A stretch of DNA of 64,000 nt from Paragordius varius. Lineage: Eukaryota > Animalia > Nematomorpha. The number at the start of each line of letters is the position of its first letter. Positions within the stretch are counted from its first letter, which is position 1. Position numbers and translations under genes: made by a program. Of this stretch, positions 14,201 to 26,884 are shown piece by piece. Under the pieces are notes generated by a model. That model did not search any database, was not told the origin of the DNA, and saw only the letters and a program-made list of their open reading frames with translations. Location: NCBI GenBank assembly GCA_964247055.1, contig OZ176050.1:7006001-7070000 (forward strand), in the 5' to 3' direction.

Positions 14201-15753
14201 TGAAGCAAATTACCGAATGTTTGGGAGATGATAAAAATTTAGAGTTATTTGCCAATTAAAAGCATGTTAGTCTAGAGACTAAAATTGGCCACATGGTTAG
14301 CGCCCAACTTATTTTAAATATGCCTCTAATCATAAAATCGTGTCTGTGCCTAAATAATTTCCAGTTTATTGCAGAAAAAATGTATAATCGATTTACTAAT
14401 GATATTATCGACAGTCACAGCGACAGGTGACAGGGCACAGCTATTTTTTATTATTTTTATCAATTAGAATTTAACTAAACAATCTATAAAAATTAAATTA
14501 GCAAATTTTTGATAATTTATAAATTTGTTAAGATTCCCCACTTTACAGGCATAATAACAATAAAAATTTCTCAATAGAATTTTTCTGACCCTTAAAAACC
14601 GCATCATATTTTGTACAATCATAAACCGGATATTTTAATTTCTAAGATATTATATGAAAGCCCTCGGTGTTTATCAAGCTGATATATTTGATAACTTAAA
14701 AAAATGCAAAATAATTTTTTTTAGAGATGCAGTTTAATGCTCTATTAATTCCATTTTGATAATTTTAAATAATATAATTTGGAAATACTGATAAATGGAT
14801 TAATTTTATGGTTAAATAACGATTCCAACCCATATACATTAACTAATGTGATTTCAAATACTTTATAACAACTTTTTATACTAAATTAAATATTTGGGGT
14901 AAATCAGACGATATGTGAGAGAACTAAAAAAACTTTTTTAAAATTCTTGTATATGTAATTTACCCTTTTCCCCAAAATGGCTAAAAGATCCAAAACAAAC
15001 TTCATCAAATTTCCCTAACATGCACTCTGAATGTTAAAAATTATTTTATAAATAATTTCTATAATTATATATATCATCACAATTTTTCTTGTTTTGAACA
15101 TTTTATATGCAATGTCTAGGAAATAAATGCCTTAAATTTCGTTCAATGTATCAATTTATGGCTTAAGAAATACTGTTTGAAATTCCATTGATTTTCAAAT
15201 ATATATATATTTGGAGTTAAAAAGGTTAATAATATGTTTATATGTTAATTGTCTAAATTTAATATAAATAGATTTTGAAATAGAGGCATAAGATTTGTTT
15301 CTTAATTGAGAAGAAAGTTTTTTGTATACTTGTTAGATTATGTATAATAATAAAGCCTAAAATATATAAATATTACTATTTTAAATTTTAAAACAAATAT
15401 AATAATGTGTATTATTTCAAATTATGATGTGGCTAAAACAAAACAAGGAAATATGTAATTTAAATTTCCGACCATAAAAATAATTAACCATTCTATTAAA
15501 AGATTACACCTTTAAAACCCTATAAAAGCTTTTAAATCATAATCGTATAAAATATTTACTATCATGAAGCCCAAATACAAATTTGTCAGAAAAACTACAA
15601 AATTTATTGAATCAGCTGTTGTGCTTGATTAGAATCCAAAATTTTTATAAAGGATAGCAGTTAAAATAGAAAAAGGAAAGGCTTTTCTGAAATATATTAT
15701 GTTATCAATTATATTTAATCAGAGACACCACATATTTTTGTAAATCTCTAAAG

Positions 15754-15912
15754 CAGGGGTGCTTCAACAGAAATGGCTTGGCAGTGTGCATTTGTAATAT
15801 AAACGAGAATACTGAATAAATAATTTGAAACATTTTTTATATGACCATATATTTGCAAAAAATGGATTTCAAAATTTTTTAAGGGCTGCCAAAAAGTCTC
15901 GAAGGGCCGCAT
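15754..15912 (+). mobile_element. hAT-like MITE remnant
   Basis: Begins CAGGGGTGCTTCAAC and contains aagggctgccaaaaagtctcgaagggccgcatg, similar to the fragment at 4385-4450. Confidence 0.35.
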
Positions 15913-16051
15913 GTTTTTAATGTAAACACCCAAAAAAATTCTAAAAATTTCATGAGCAATCCACTAAAATTATAACTAATCATATTTATTCATAAACATA
16001 AAACAAGAAAAATATACAATTAATTTCTTGAGGGAACATCAGGTGAATTGT

Positions 16052-17455
16052 TCAACGTCGTCTGCCAAAAAGATAAAGATATATAAACAATTATATTGTT
16101 AATGTATTTAAAGAAAGTCTAAAAATATTTGCTAAATTGTTAATTAAAATTGTTCTTTTTAATTCATGTAATAACATAGTTATTAATATATTTTTTATTG
16201 TAACAGAATTTAAATGTCGCACCGAAATTTGTAAAATTATAAAATTCAGATTCCAATCAATGAACAAATCATAAATTAACCCATACATTTTAATTTGTAT
16301 GCCAAATATAATTTTAAAAAATATTAAGCAATCATTTTTTTGATAATCGTTTCTTATACCTTCCAACTCCATCAAATCCATTTCTACCACGGGCAGGATA
16401 TGGGCTACGGGTTCGGCTACGCCTACGATTTGAAGTCGATTGAAATGTTTCATAGGAATCCCTCCGGTCAGGATATCGATCGTAACTTTCATAATAACCA
16501 TCATCATTGTTGTATTCACGCCGGTTTTTATTATATCGCGATGGCCTATAAATAACACTTATCATTTCCTACGAAACAAACTGAAATAATTAAAACAAGC
16601 GGTGTCTCTTTTAATATAAATCGCAAGATGACTCTCTAAGAGCAGACACTGATTTTTAATTATTGTGTACATGATGCATTATCTTTTACATACAGATGAG
16701 GTGACGTTAAATGTCTTTATCAGTCTTTTGTGTATATCTTTGTCTCAAAATATGGTTATGTTATAAATCCATATCACAAATTTCAATCTTTATTATAGTT
16801 CACTAAAAGGTAGAAATCTAATAAGTTTGAGGAGTCATAAAAACATTTGTAACAGTATTAAGATAACATTTGAAAAGTATGTGTAAAAACAATCTTATTT
16901 ATTAAACCTTTCGGGTGTATAAGATCTAGAAGGCGATTGATGACGTGAACGGTCATGATGAGATGGTCTAGGCGAACGTTTCCATTTTTGCTGGGACTGA
17001 AATTCTCGCAAATCTTCTTGAGAATATCGTTTATCCTTCTTCCGCATTTGAAATGGTGCTGATAAATAAAGAATTAAATAAAAAATATGTAAAAACTTTT
17101 TCGATCACCCTGAGCAAATTCAACTTCAATCAAGCGATCTTTTATTTTTAAGGAGCGTAATTCCCGTTCAGCATCCTCGGCATCCCGCCAATCTAGATAC
17201 GTACTTATGTTAAGGAAAATTAAACAATATTATATAAACTAATTTCTAATAAAAAGGATATTGAACATAGGCAAATCCGCGTATTTCTTTGGTAAAATAA
17301 TCTCTAGGTACGTATATATCTTTCACCGGACCAAATTTTTCAAAAACTGGCCGTAAATCTTCCTCGCTAAAATTAAAGGTAAAATACTCGATTGTGGAGC
17401 TTAAATTGCGCAAATAAAGAGATACAGGGGGTTTATTGGAACGAGACATATTCAA
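16052..17455 (-). CDS. SRSF10: Serine/arginine-rich splicing factor 10/12-like (RRM plus RS domain)
   Basis: Spliced translation MSRSNKPPVSLYLRNLSSTIDEEDLRPVFEKFGPVKDIYVPRDYFTKEIRGFAYVQYLDWRDAEDAERELRSLKIKDRLIEVEFAQGDRKTPFQM matches the SRSF10 RRM without gaps. RS-rich exons lie at about 16910-17060 and 16360-16550. The last exon is uncertain (stop at 16332 or 16052). Confidence 0.9.
17201..17261 (-). other. U12-type (minor spliceosome) AT-AC intron, 61 nt
   Basis: 5' end ATATCCTTTTT, branch site TTCCTTAAC (17217-17209), then ATAAGTAC as the 3' end. Removal joins CA|G and restores FAYVQYLDWRDAEDA. Confidence 0.95.
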
Positions 17456-18454
17456 ATGGTAAACTATAAATGGTAAAGAACTGACACAAAATTATTATTT
17501 TTTTAAGTGTAATATGCAATATTCATATTAGAGTGATCAACCAGAAATTTTATTAATAAATAAAAATCCTACGATATACCAGGCCATTTAAAATTACATT
17601 TATATTTTATATAAAACATATTCTACCGAAAAAAATCATATTTAACACTTAAAACACATTTATTTCATTCGATTCGAATTGGGTTGGACACCCCAGGTTT
17701 GGTAACGAAAATACAAAAGCTATGGAATAAATTAAAACCATGGCAAAAATTTGCACTTATATAACATTTATGAACCAAAATATATAAGAAAGTTTATTCA
17801 TAAATATTAACCTATTTTAAGGTAAAACCCCATGGTAAAAATTTAGTCATCACGACATGTGTGAACTGCTAAATTAAAAAAATAAATCATTTTTTCTCTT
17901 TCTATCAATGTTAGATGTTATTTAAAAGAAAAACTAGCTTTAATATTATCCTTAAGCAAAATAAACACGATAATTGCATAAATGTTGTAAAATAAAAATG
18001 TAGAGGTACATTGATTTGGAATTTTTCACAACTGAATTATATATTTCAGCAGTTATATAATTTTTATTAGGATAAAAGCACAAATTTAAATTGGGACCGT
18101 TTCTTTTAGTAGTTTTAAAATATCAACTTAAAAATAATTTGGAGTATTTAGGTACCCCATTTCGAATCGAAGTGTCAAAGTAATAGAAAAGAATCGCTCA
18201 ATCCATTAATTGTAAATGCTAGGGCAATCAAGTCTAAATTTTTGCTGATCTGCCACAAGACAGTTTTGTGAAATGTTTTGTATTATAAGTTAATCAATGT
18301 TAATTAAACTTTTGAAATGGTTGCAATACATTTAATATTTTATAAATTTTATGTTGTACCGGTTAGGAATCGTTAAGGACCACTAATGAATCGAAGGTTA
18401 GACTTATGATACAATGCTATTTGACAAAATAAATAACCGGATGATATATATACA

Positions 18455-18910
18455 ATAGGATGTATCAGGATTATCATGTGCTTGGGTTTTGGCCGTTGAG
18501 GGATTTAGGAAAAGTAATCAGACATTTGTGGTAAGCGGTCCATATCAGAATATGGAAAATTTCCGCACATATTTTCGTTAGAAAGAATGCTTCATTTCAA
18601 AAAAATTCCATAAAATATATAAACAACATATATAGAGGAAAACAATATTTTTAAATTATTTAAATGTGGGGTCCAATAGTCCCAAATTTTTTTGCTCTTC
18701 TAAAATAAAGCAGGTTATCGTAAAATTAACACAAAAAGATTCGGATTCAGGGATAAAATATTTAAATTATGCTTAGTTGAAATCGAATAATAATATTTTT
18801 GAAAAATAAATACTTTGATTTATGAAGAAGTTATTAAAATGACTTCATACTATATTGAGGTATGATGAAAACGGTATAAAAACGCTTTAAGGTATACTAA
18901 AAACACTTTT
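18455..18910. repeat. Dispersed repeat family C; direct partner at about 59320-59760
   Basis: Collinear shared blocks atgtatcaggatta, tttgtggtaag, aaaatttcc.ca.atattt, acttcatactat.tt.gag.tatgat and acactttttc at both loci. Confidence 0.65.
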
Positions 18911-20049
18911 TCTATATCTGTAATGCTTTACATTTCTATCACCTCGGAATTCAATTAAAATACTCGTTCCTGAAATTTATTTCAAATATATATATGGTTT
19001 TTCACAAAAATTTACTAAATTTTAAAGCAAACGTACTTAAACAATTCTGATCCGATAGAGAATCATATAGAATGTTATTATAATATCTAAAGGCGTTTGT
19101 AAACTGTTTCTACGATGCCTCAAAATGGTATGATGCACGCTTCAAACAAATTTTGATTAAAATAAAATATTTAAAGAAGTACGCATTTTTAGATACCAAA
19201 ATTTACCTTATATGCAACCTTATCGTGTACTATCAGCATTTTTGCGTTTATTTCAAGGAAGTAGCCCAATTTAGATGAGCGAAAAATTGAGTGAGTGTAC
19301 ATTTATATATATTTATTGTGGTATATTTTAGAATTAAGCATTTAGTCACCAAAATAGTTTTATCTGAAAAAAGTACGCAAATTTTGTCATTTTTTATATG
19401 GACCAGTTATTAATAATAACTATCTTAAATGACTCATTAGGGCCAAATGCAAAGTCATCATAGAATTTATATACCCCATCAAGATATTTTTTATACGCCC
19501 GATTGGACACAGTGTATAATTGTAATTTGGAGTGAAGTTCTTTCATCAAAAAAATTATTAACAAAATGTGTTTAAATTTGCCATTTATATCGAGCTACCA
19601 CTAAAGTATAAATCGTAAATCATTCGTAAGGGCCAAAACCAAGAAACCTATGTGAATTAATTTTTACCAGAATTATATTTTCAGGATATTTATATATAAC
19701 CGTCGATTTTGTGCGCTATAGATGTTTTAACACCTTTATCAAAAATTTATTTAAAATAGTTACAATAATTTTGTAACTTTTCGATTCGAACCAAAACCCA
19801 AAAAGTATACTTTTGAATAGCTCGCCAAAATCGCACCATGATCCTAATATATTTTGCTATCAAAATATATATTTCTTTTGTGTGCTGTTTTTTAATTTAG
19901 CAATTATATTTTAAACAGTAGATAATTTAAAACTAATATAAATATAAAAAAGTTATTAGTGATTTAATTGTGAGCCATAATGCAAAAGCCGAATATATCA
20001 AATTATTATATTTAGAGTCAGTTGCTAATATATATTTTAACGTCCCCAT

Positions 20050-20985
20050 ATGAAAAATTCAAATTTTCACGAGCAAAAAAAGCATGCTTTACAGAAAAAT
20101 GATATAAGTATTAAAAAATCAATAGATTGTCATATTCTAAAACTGTGTACTTTTATTAATGAACAATCAAATTTATATACAACATCTTCTTGTTCTGGTA
20201 GAATTGCATTTACGGCTTTTTCGATAAAGAAAGAGGGAAGATTGGCAAAGACGTTTCATGATTCTATTAAGTTCGATGAATTCGTAAATTGTTATATATT
20301 TTTAGATAAATATGTGTTATGGCCTTAGTATTTTTTACGTTTCATTTGAGCCTTTTATACTTCATGTCCAATCAGAAGATCTTGAAGTAGCTCAAAATTT
20401 GGTACATGGATTTATTTATTAATTTTTTAATATATTTATAATATAGAAGGAATATAACAAATTAAACATCCCTTTATTTTGTTTTTAAATTTACAATTTT
20501 AGGCATATTTAATACGATCTACCCGTGCATGATCCTTTCCATAAGGCTCAAAAGTCGGTTTGCAAAATATGCGCAAACAAAATTATTTTTTCATAGAAAA
20601 AAATAAATACACATTAAATTTCAAAATTAAGACATTTAATCGTAAAAAATATTTTATACAGCAAACCTCTTTTATTCAATTATAAATCTTAAATTATCAA
20701 ATTTGCCATCATTTTAGTGTCAAATGTCCATAAATTATGGTCTTAAGAATTCGGGCATTACTATTAGCACCAAAAACAAAATTCAGGTGGCACTTAGAAA
20801 CACTTCACACCTATCCATACCTATCGATATGAAATTAGTTACACAAGAGGTACAATATTTTTGTAATACAAATTTAGTATCTACATTACATTTATGGTAT
20901 ACTCAATGATAATTTAATCAAAAACATTCAAAAGTTAGAATCATTCACATTATATACTATCAATAATTTGACAACTATTAAATAA
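20050..20985 (+). CDS. TYW3: tRNA wybutosine-synthesizing protein 3 (yW-86 methyltransferase)
   Basis: Motifs DISIKKSID..L..FIN..YTTSSCSGRI, FEPFILHV, GLKNSG, VALRNT. Four exons: 20050-20283, 20306-20401, 20718-20849, 20878-20985 (TAA). Confidence 0.88.
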
Positions 20986-21009
20986 ATAAATTTATTTTAA
21001 AAATCATCA

Positions 21010-21530
21010 TATATTAGAAACATGAGATTTTCTTGTAAAACAATCCTTATCATATGATATTATTTCATTTTTAACCATTTTTAATTTTTCATCCAATTTG
21101 GTTTGTACGATATTGTATTTGTCCAAATTTGCCAAACCATTGTTTATTATTGAAATTTCTTGAAGTCTACACATATCAAAAGTATATTATTTATAAATAA
21201 CAGTTATTATATTTTTGGTGGGTATATAAAATAAAAAACGTAAATTAAATTTAACATTACTTGACAGCAATGTCATTGATCAAGGAAGCGTTTAACGATG
21301 GTATAATATTTTTGATAAGATCAATATTTCCTGTGCTGGTAATGGTTGTATCTTCTTTCGCTTGGTATATCAAATTTTTGTTCTATTTAGATTGGATTAA
21401 ATATTTTTTAAAGAAATTATATCTGAATGAATATAAGCAGCCTACTGGAGTTATCTTATGCTTATATATCCTAACCAAATTCTTGCGTTTGGAGATTATA
21501 TTTTCAAAAAATGCAGAATATTTTGCAGAA
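21010..21530 (-). CDS. Putative terminal exons of an unidentified minus-strand gene, possibly the 3' part of the 24370-25240 gene
   Basis: Open frames NKNLIYQAKEDTTITSTGNIDLIKNIIPSLNASLINDIAVK and RLQEISIINNGLANLDKYNIVQTKLDEKLKMVKNEIISYDKDCF, bounded by plausible GT/AG sites. No family recognised. Confidence 0.35.
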
Positions 21531-23372
21531 TCGAACTTATAATAATGCAATTTCGATGATCAATTATTTTTTAATAAAGCATCTAATATTTATCATACAC
21601 GTTTAAATTGCTTAAAAACATAATTTATCAACGGGTCGTCGGCCTCCAGATAAGCCAGTTATCTGATCTTTGAGTGAATGCGTTAGAGATAATCGTCTTT
21701 GGTGAATTGTGTGACGTTTAGATTGTTGTTAGTTGTTATGTACCCATAATATAACCAGGTCTTAATTTACAATTGGGATGAAAATATCTAGTTTTATTTA
21801 TTCAATCATAAGACTGTTCAATGTATATCTAGTATGAGAACCGATTCTTTCTAATGTAACTTTGGTGAAATTTGGAAAAAATTATGTATATTTTTATTAC
21901 TATTGTTTGATTTATCATTTTTGTGGTTATTATTAGAAGTTAAGGATTTTGTTTTTTATCGCATAATATATTTTCGTTGGTTTGATTTAAAGACCAACAT
22001 ACACTAGGACATATAGGGGCAGAAATGTTAATCGAATAAATTACTAAATTCTGTACTTGGTTAATTCGGTTCAGGCTTGTTGTGTTTATGTGTTATTATT
22101 TTTTTGATTAAAGCATTTGCTTTTGTGTCGCTAAATATTTGTAATTTTGATTATTTCAATATTGATGAATGAGGCTTAAATGGTTTTAAGATTAACCTGT
22201 TCATTTGCAGTGTTTCACACGTGTACATATAAAAATTTTGATGTTTTTAATCTTCCTTTGATCTGTGAGCACTTTTTGTTCACCCACAGTTGCAATTTAG
22301 TGCATTTCATGGTAAAAAATTTTACTTTGACGAATGGAACATGGGAATTTGATTATTTCAGTTATAATTAAAAACATTGAAAATTTTATAATCGTGTGTA
22401 ACACCACTAAATAAATCGGCTAGTCTAATCTAAATTACCTATCTCCCCACCCAAAAATATTGAAATATTTACCAATTACAATCTGGGCGATATGATAACA
22501 GTAAATATTAATATAAAAAACGCCATAATGCGAAAACAACCAGTTTGGGTCTAATTTCACCAACTTCTTCGATTATTGAACGCTCAAATGACTGGATAAA
22601 TAAATTAATATCCTTTCATCCCAATGGCAAATTAAGACGGGGAAGACGAGATTGATACAAAACAATCAGCCGCGAAAACCTTAACACAACTTAAATGGTT
22701 CCTAAAAGTCAGATTGAGTTTTCATTTATCAAACCCTTCTAAAATATATTTGTCTTGTAAAAAGAGACTTAATTGATTACGATTAGTGAATTTGGTGTAT
22801 AAAAAATTGGCTAAAGTTCAGGACATGGAAAATATTTAATTTGTGTAGTCAATAAATGACGTTACGAAAGATTCATTGTAGTCCTGTTAATGTTTGCTAT
22901 TAAGCCACACTTAATAAAAAATTGTTAATAAAACGGCTATTTAAAGTGAAACTAGTTTTTCTTGTTTCTGGAGGTTCAAGAATTTCGATTTTAAAATGTT
23001 TTATCATGTTTTAAAGAGGTATAATTTGAATAATATACAAACTTTATGAAAAGTAAAAGGACATAAAGACTGAGTTTCCATATGATGTTTAATGATAGGG
23101 TATGGATTATGACGGTTTTTTTCAATAACGATAAAAATTATATAATAATTTTTTCAAATAGTCAATAATAAATGCGATATTTAAAATTGTTATACAATAT
23201 AGGTGCGATTATGGTTCCCTCTATTACTAATTTTACCATATAAATAACAGAAATGTTTAAAAAATGTCACTTTTAAATGGCTGTAGGGGTTATAATTATA
23301 AAAAATTGGAATAAATTTGTTATAAATTGTAACGGGATTAATCTTTTAACAAATTTTTACGCTTATCACTAC

Positions 23373-23375
<3 letters not shown>

Positions 23376-23403
<28 letters not shown>
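23376..23403. repeat. (TA)n microsatellite; others near 45945-45972, 50238-50259 and 60811-60830
   Basis: Direct reading of the sequence. Confidence 0.9.
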
Positions 23404-23408
<5 letters not shown>

Positions 23409-23441
23409 TTCAAAAACGGATTTTCCTAAAAACCATTATAA

Positions 23442-23806
23442 CACTTCATTTTCATTTTTTTGTGTACCATGACATTTTAGGGTAGTATCACCCCTGCAAA
23501 GGTAAATAAGCTACTGATAAAATTGTTTTGTTGACAAATGTCAACCCTCTTCCCATGTATTAGATAAAAAACTTATATATTTAACAGTTTTTAACAATTT
23601 TGTTGTTTAACGATTAAAAAATTGGAGAAATGACGGCGAAAAACTTTGAGCTAATGATTTAATTCAACATTTTTTTTCAAAAATTATCATCTGCCTCAAA
23701 GGTTAAAGAAAGAATTTTTAAATTTGGCTCAATGCAAAAAATATTTTTTAAGATATTTAAATTTTATATGGCTATGGGATATACGACCCCAAAAGGTCAT
23801 GAAGTG
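23442..23806. mobile_element. piggyBac-like MITE; end fragments also at about 35915-36010 (inverted) and 57520-57625
   Basis: ATAA|CACTTCAT ... ATGAAGTG|TTAA termini. The right end gggatata...aaaaggtca.gaagtgtta recurs at the two other loci. Confidence 0.5.
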
Positions 23807-24369
23807 TTAATATATAAGTTATGAGATAATTAAAAAAATTTTTAAAATTTTATTAAATAAAATTGTTAGTTGATTAAAGTCATTTAAAATTTAAATCAGG
23901 ATCGCGCCGATAAAAAAATTTTTTTTTAGTTAGTGAAATATCGAATGCAAATCTTTTGCAGTTAATAGGTTATTTGTGTGTCTGCAAATAATTACATACT
24001 ATGAAATATTAACAAATGAAAAAATATGTGGACGAAACCAGAGGCAAGATTGGACGTCGGGTTGGGGGATTGGTTCAACATTAAAAGTGAAGATAACTAT
24101 TTATACTTTGCAAATGTAATTAATTAATGTTTGTTGTTATTGATTATGAATAAGCTTAGATTAATAATTTGAAACAATTCATTTAAAACGATTGAATGGG
24201 TTAATATAAAATTTCGAGCAGACGCAAGAGTTCATTTGGATTTTATTAGTTAGTGCTACCGTAACGAATTGTATACAAATAATATACAGAAATACTTCAA
24301 ATATGAAGTTTTGGTATAAAGCAGTTAGTACCATAATCTTTCGTCGTGATTACAAAATGAATTTATTTC

Positions 24370-25240
24370 TCACATTCCATAAAATAAATATCCTTGCCAA
24401 AAAGATATTATGCAGAAAATGCAAAACTGGTCTTTGCTGTTAGTTACCAAAGTTAATCCAGCCAAGATCATGAGTAGGTAGCAGTATGTTTTAATATTTA
24501 TTAAATCCTTAAAGCATAAAATATATTTGGTGAATTTTAAAGTACCTTTATTAATATCCATCTTTCAATTAAGCTTCGTAATAAGTTAGTGGTTTTTGCG
24601 TTATCTGACTCTAAAAGAAGGGTTTTTTCTTTAATTTTGGCAAAGAGATATATAAAAAACTTCAGATATTTGGCCTGTTGATCTAATACATCACAAATCT
24701 AACATTATAATTCTAAACCTTTTGCTGAATATCTCTAAATTGTTTTATACAATAGTTATGCTGAATTTCAAAATCATGTTCATCTGTAATTATATGAGGA
24801 ATAGAATCTATTCTTGATATAATATTTTGATAACTAAATATAAAAATGTTGTTTAACCAAAATATATATTTTTCTATCTGAGTGTGGTGCTTATTAAATT
24901 GTTGAGCAGAAGACATATATTGTTTTAATAGTAAATAATTTGTATTTAAGTCACCTCGATCGTAAAAAAGAGCACTGCATATTTGAATAATATCTTTTAA
25001 TTTTTTATGTATTTCTTGTCTCTGATTTAGTTGATGAATTAAGTTTTCGATCTAATTTAATAATATAACTTTACTTGGCTTAAAGCATCGCATTCATCTA
25101 TTTTTGGAGCAGATATTACAGGATTATAATTTATTAGCTTTTCTTGATATTCATTATATCTTATTTTAAAAATTTTATTACCGATGTATTAAATAACTGT
25201 CGGATTGAATTAATTTTTCTACCGATTTGTAATTCATCAT
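24370..25240 (-). CDS. Orphan, probably helical or coiled-coil protein; 3' end uncertain
   Basis: From ATG at 25240, one long frame is restored by removing GT-AG introns 25160-25181 (22 nt), 25052-25074 (23 nt), 24699-24718 (20 nt) and a 38-nt intron near 24490-24527: MMNYKSVEKLIQSDSYLIHRYNEYQEKLINYNPVISAPKIDECDALSQIENLIHQLNQRQEIHKKLKDII... Confidence 0.6.
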
Positions 25241-25352
25241 ATATGTCAAAAAAATTTGAAAATCGGCAAAATTTACATATGTATTTATGATCGTATTAAT
25301 TTTTTCGTTGTTTTTATTAAAAAGCGTTTTCTTAGAAAAAAAAACCATTGCA

Positions 25353-26817
25353 ATGAATTCTGGTAATTTTCAAAGGCATACTCTTTCCTCTAATGAAATG
25401 CAGGTCACAAATCTTCCTCACAGTGTTTTGAACGACGAAGGAATCTCTGATTTCGATTATGAAGAAATAATATCCAATTCACCTTATTTGGTTTCAATTG
25501 ATGAAAATTTTGAAAAATATTTAAAACGAATATCTCATGCCAGATTTCATCAGAACACTAAACTTATGTTGGATGTTTTTTCGGAGTTTTGTGTCCCTGA
25601 TACTCGCTCGATCGTTACAAGTCAACGAATGAATGTATTAGAAAAGCAAGTAGCTTCTCTCACGGCTCATCAGAAAAAATTGGAGACTGAATTAGATGAC
25701 ATTGAACAAAAATTTTTGCATAAAAAGTCTTTATATGAGACATTGTCAGTAGATTTTGAAGGGAAACTTAAACAAGTTAAATTTTTTTTAAGAGTATACT
25801 GCTATAAATTGTATTTATTTATTTATCACATAGGATTTTTAAATTTTAATCAATTTAATGCGGGTATGCAGCAAGTAATTTTATAAGTTAAAAGTTTGAG
25901 TCAAGTTTTTAGAGCATTAATAAGTTTAAAATTAAAATAAGGAAAAATTTATTTTTACCATTGCTTTTTATTGCATATAAATATTAATAACCATTTACAT
26001 ATCTACGAATACAAATAATAATAGGCTTTGGCATTCAAACCTTCCGAGGAGTTATACCAACAAATTTTGCAACGTTTAAGAAACCAGGTCGTCCTTTCAC
26101 AACAACCGCATAACATCATAAACAGCAATGTTAAAACCGGGAATAGTGTCACTTGTTCAACGGTAACGTCATCATCGCAGCTGAGCGAAAATCAACTGAA
26201 TGTAACTTTGCCTACATCCATACCACCAATTTTTACTACCACGAATCAGAACTCTTCTGCTAATCCAGATGATAAAGATGAAAATTCGTCCGTTGTTTCA
26301 ATGACTGAGAAATCAGATATTGTTGATGTTGTACCCAATGACCAAAATGTAAACGGTATGACGGTCTCCTACAATTATTTTTTTTACATTTAAAGATATG
26401 GGCCGATGTTTTATGTAATAAAGTTTGAAGAACTTTAAGGTTTTATACAACATCGCGAGAACCATTGCTTAAAGCCTATAAGCTGGAATTTTTATCTTTT
26501 TAAAACCCACTTTGGAAATCGGTTTTAAAACTGTAAAAAAATAAATAACCAGGTGAAACCAGTTGTTTTTTTTTGAAACACTTTGTTTTATATTCTTTTT
26601 ATAAACGGATATTACTTTAACTTTAGTGTGATTATAAAATTTTCATCTTGATTTTTAATTAATTGCTAAGTTTTTTCTGATAAACTACCCAGTTAATTAA
26701 AAGATAAAGAAAAACCTTTTAATATCATTCTGTATAAGCTTAATTACGTTTATTAAATTGATTTTTGCAGCAGCAGAATCCAAAATGGAACCCACCATTA
26801 ATTCAGCAAACCAATAA
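25353..26817 (+). CDS. SMARCE1: SWI/SNF subunit BAF57/SMARCE1-like (NHRLI and coiled-coil region; no HMG box visible)
   Basis: ARFHQNTKLMLDVFSEFCVPDTRSIVTSQRMNVLEKQVASLTAHQKKLETEL matches BAF57 [52 protein letters not shown]. Exons about 25353-25774, 26025-26357 and 26771-26817. Confidence 0.85.
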
Positions 26818-26884
26818 ACAATTTATCTGATAATGCGTTTTACTCATTTATATATTATATATTAAAAATAAATTTGTAATATAT

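Noticed and set aside
22605-22615. ATATCCTTT on the plus strand as a U12 donor
   Set aside because: No supported plus-strand gene and no matching branch site plus AC nearby. Such matches arise by chance in AT-rich DNA.
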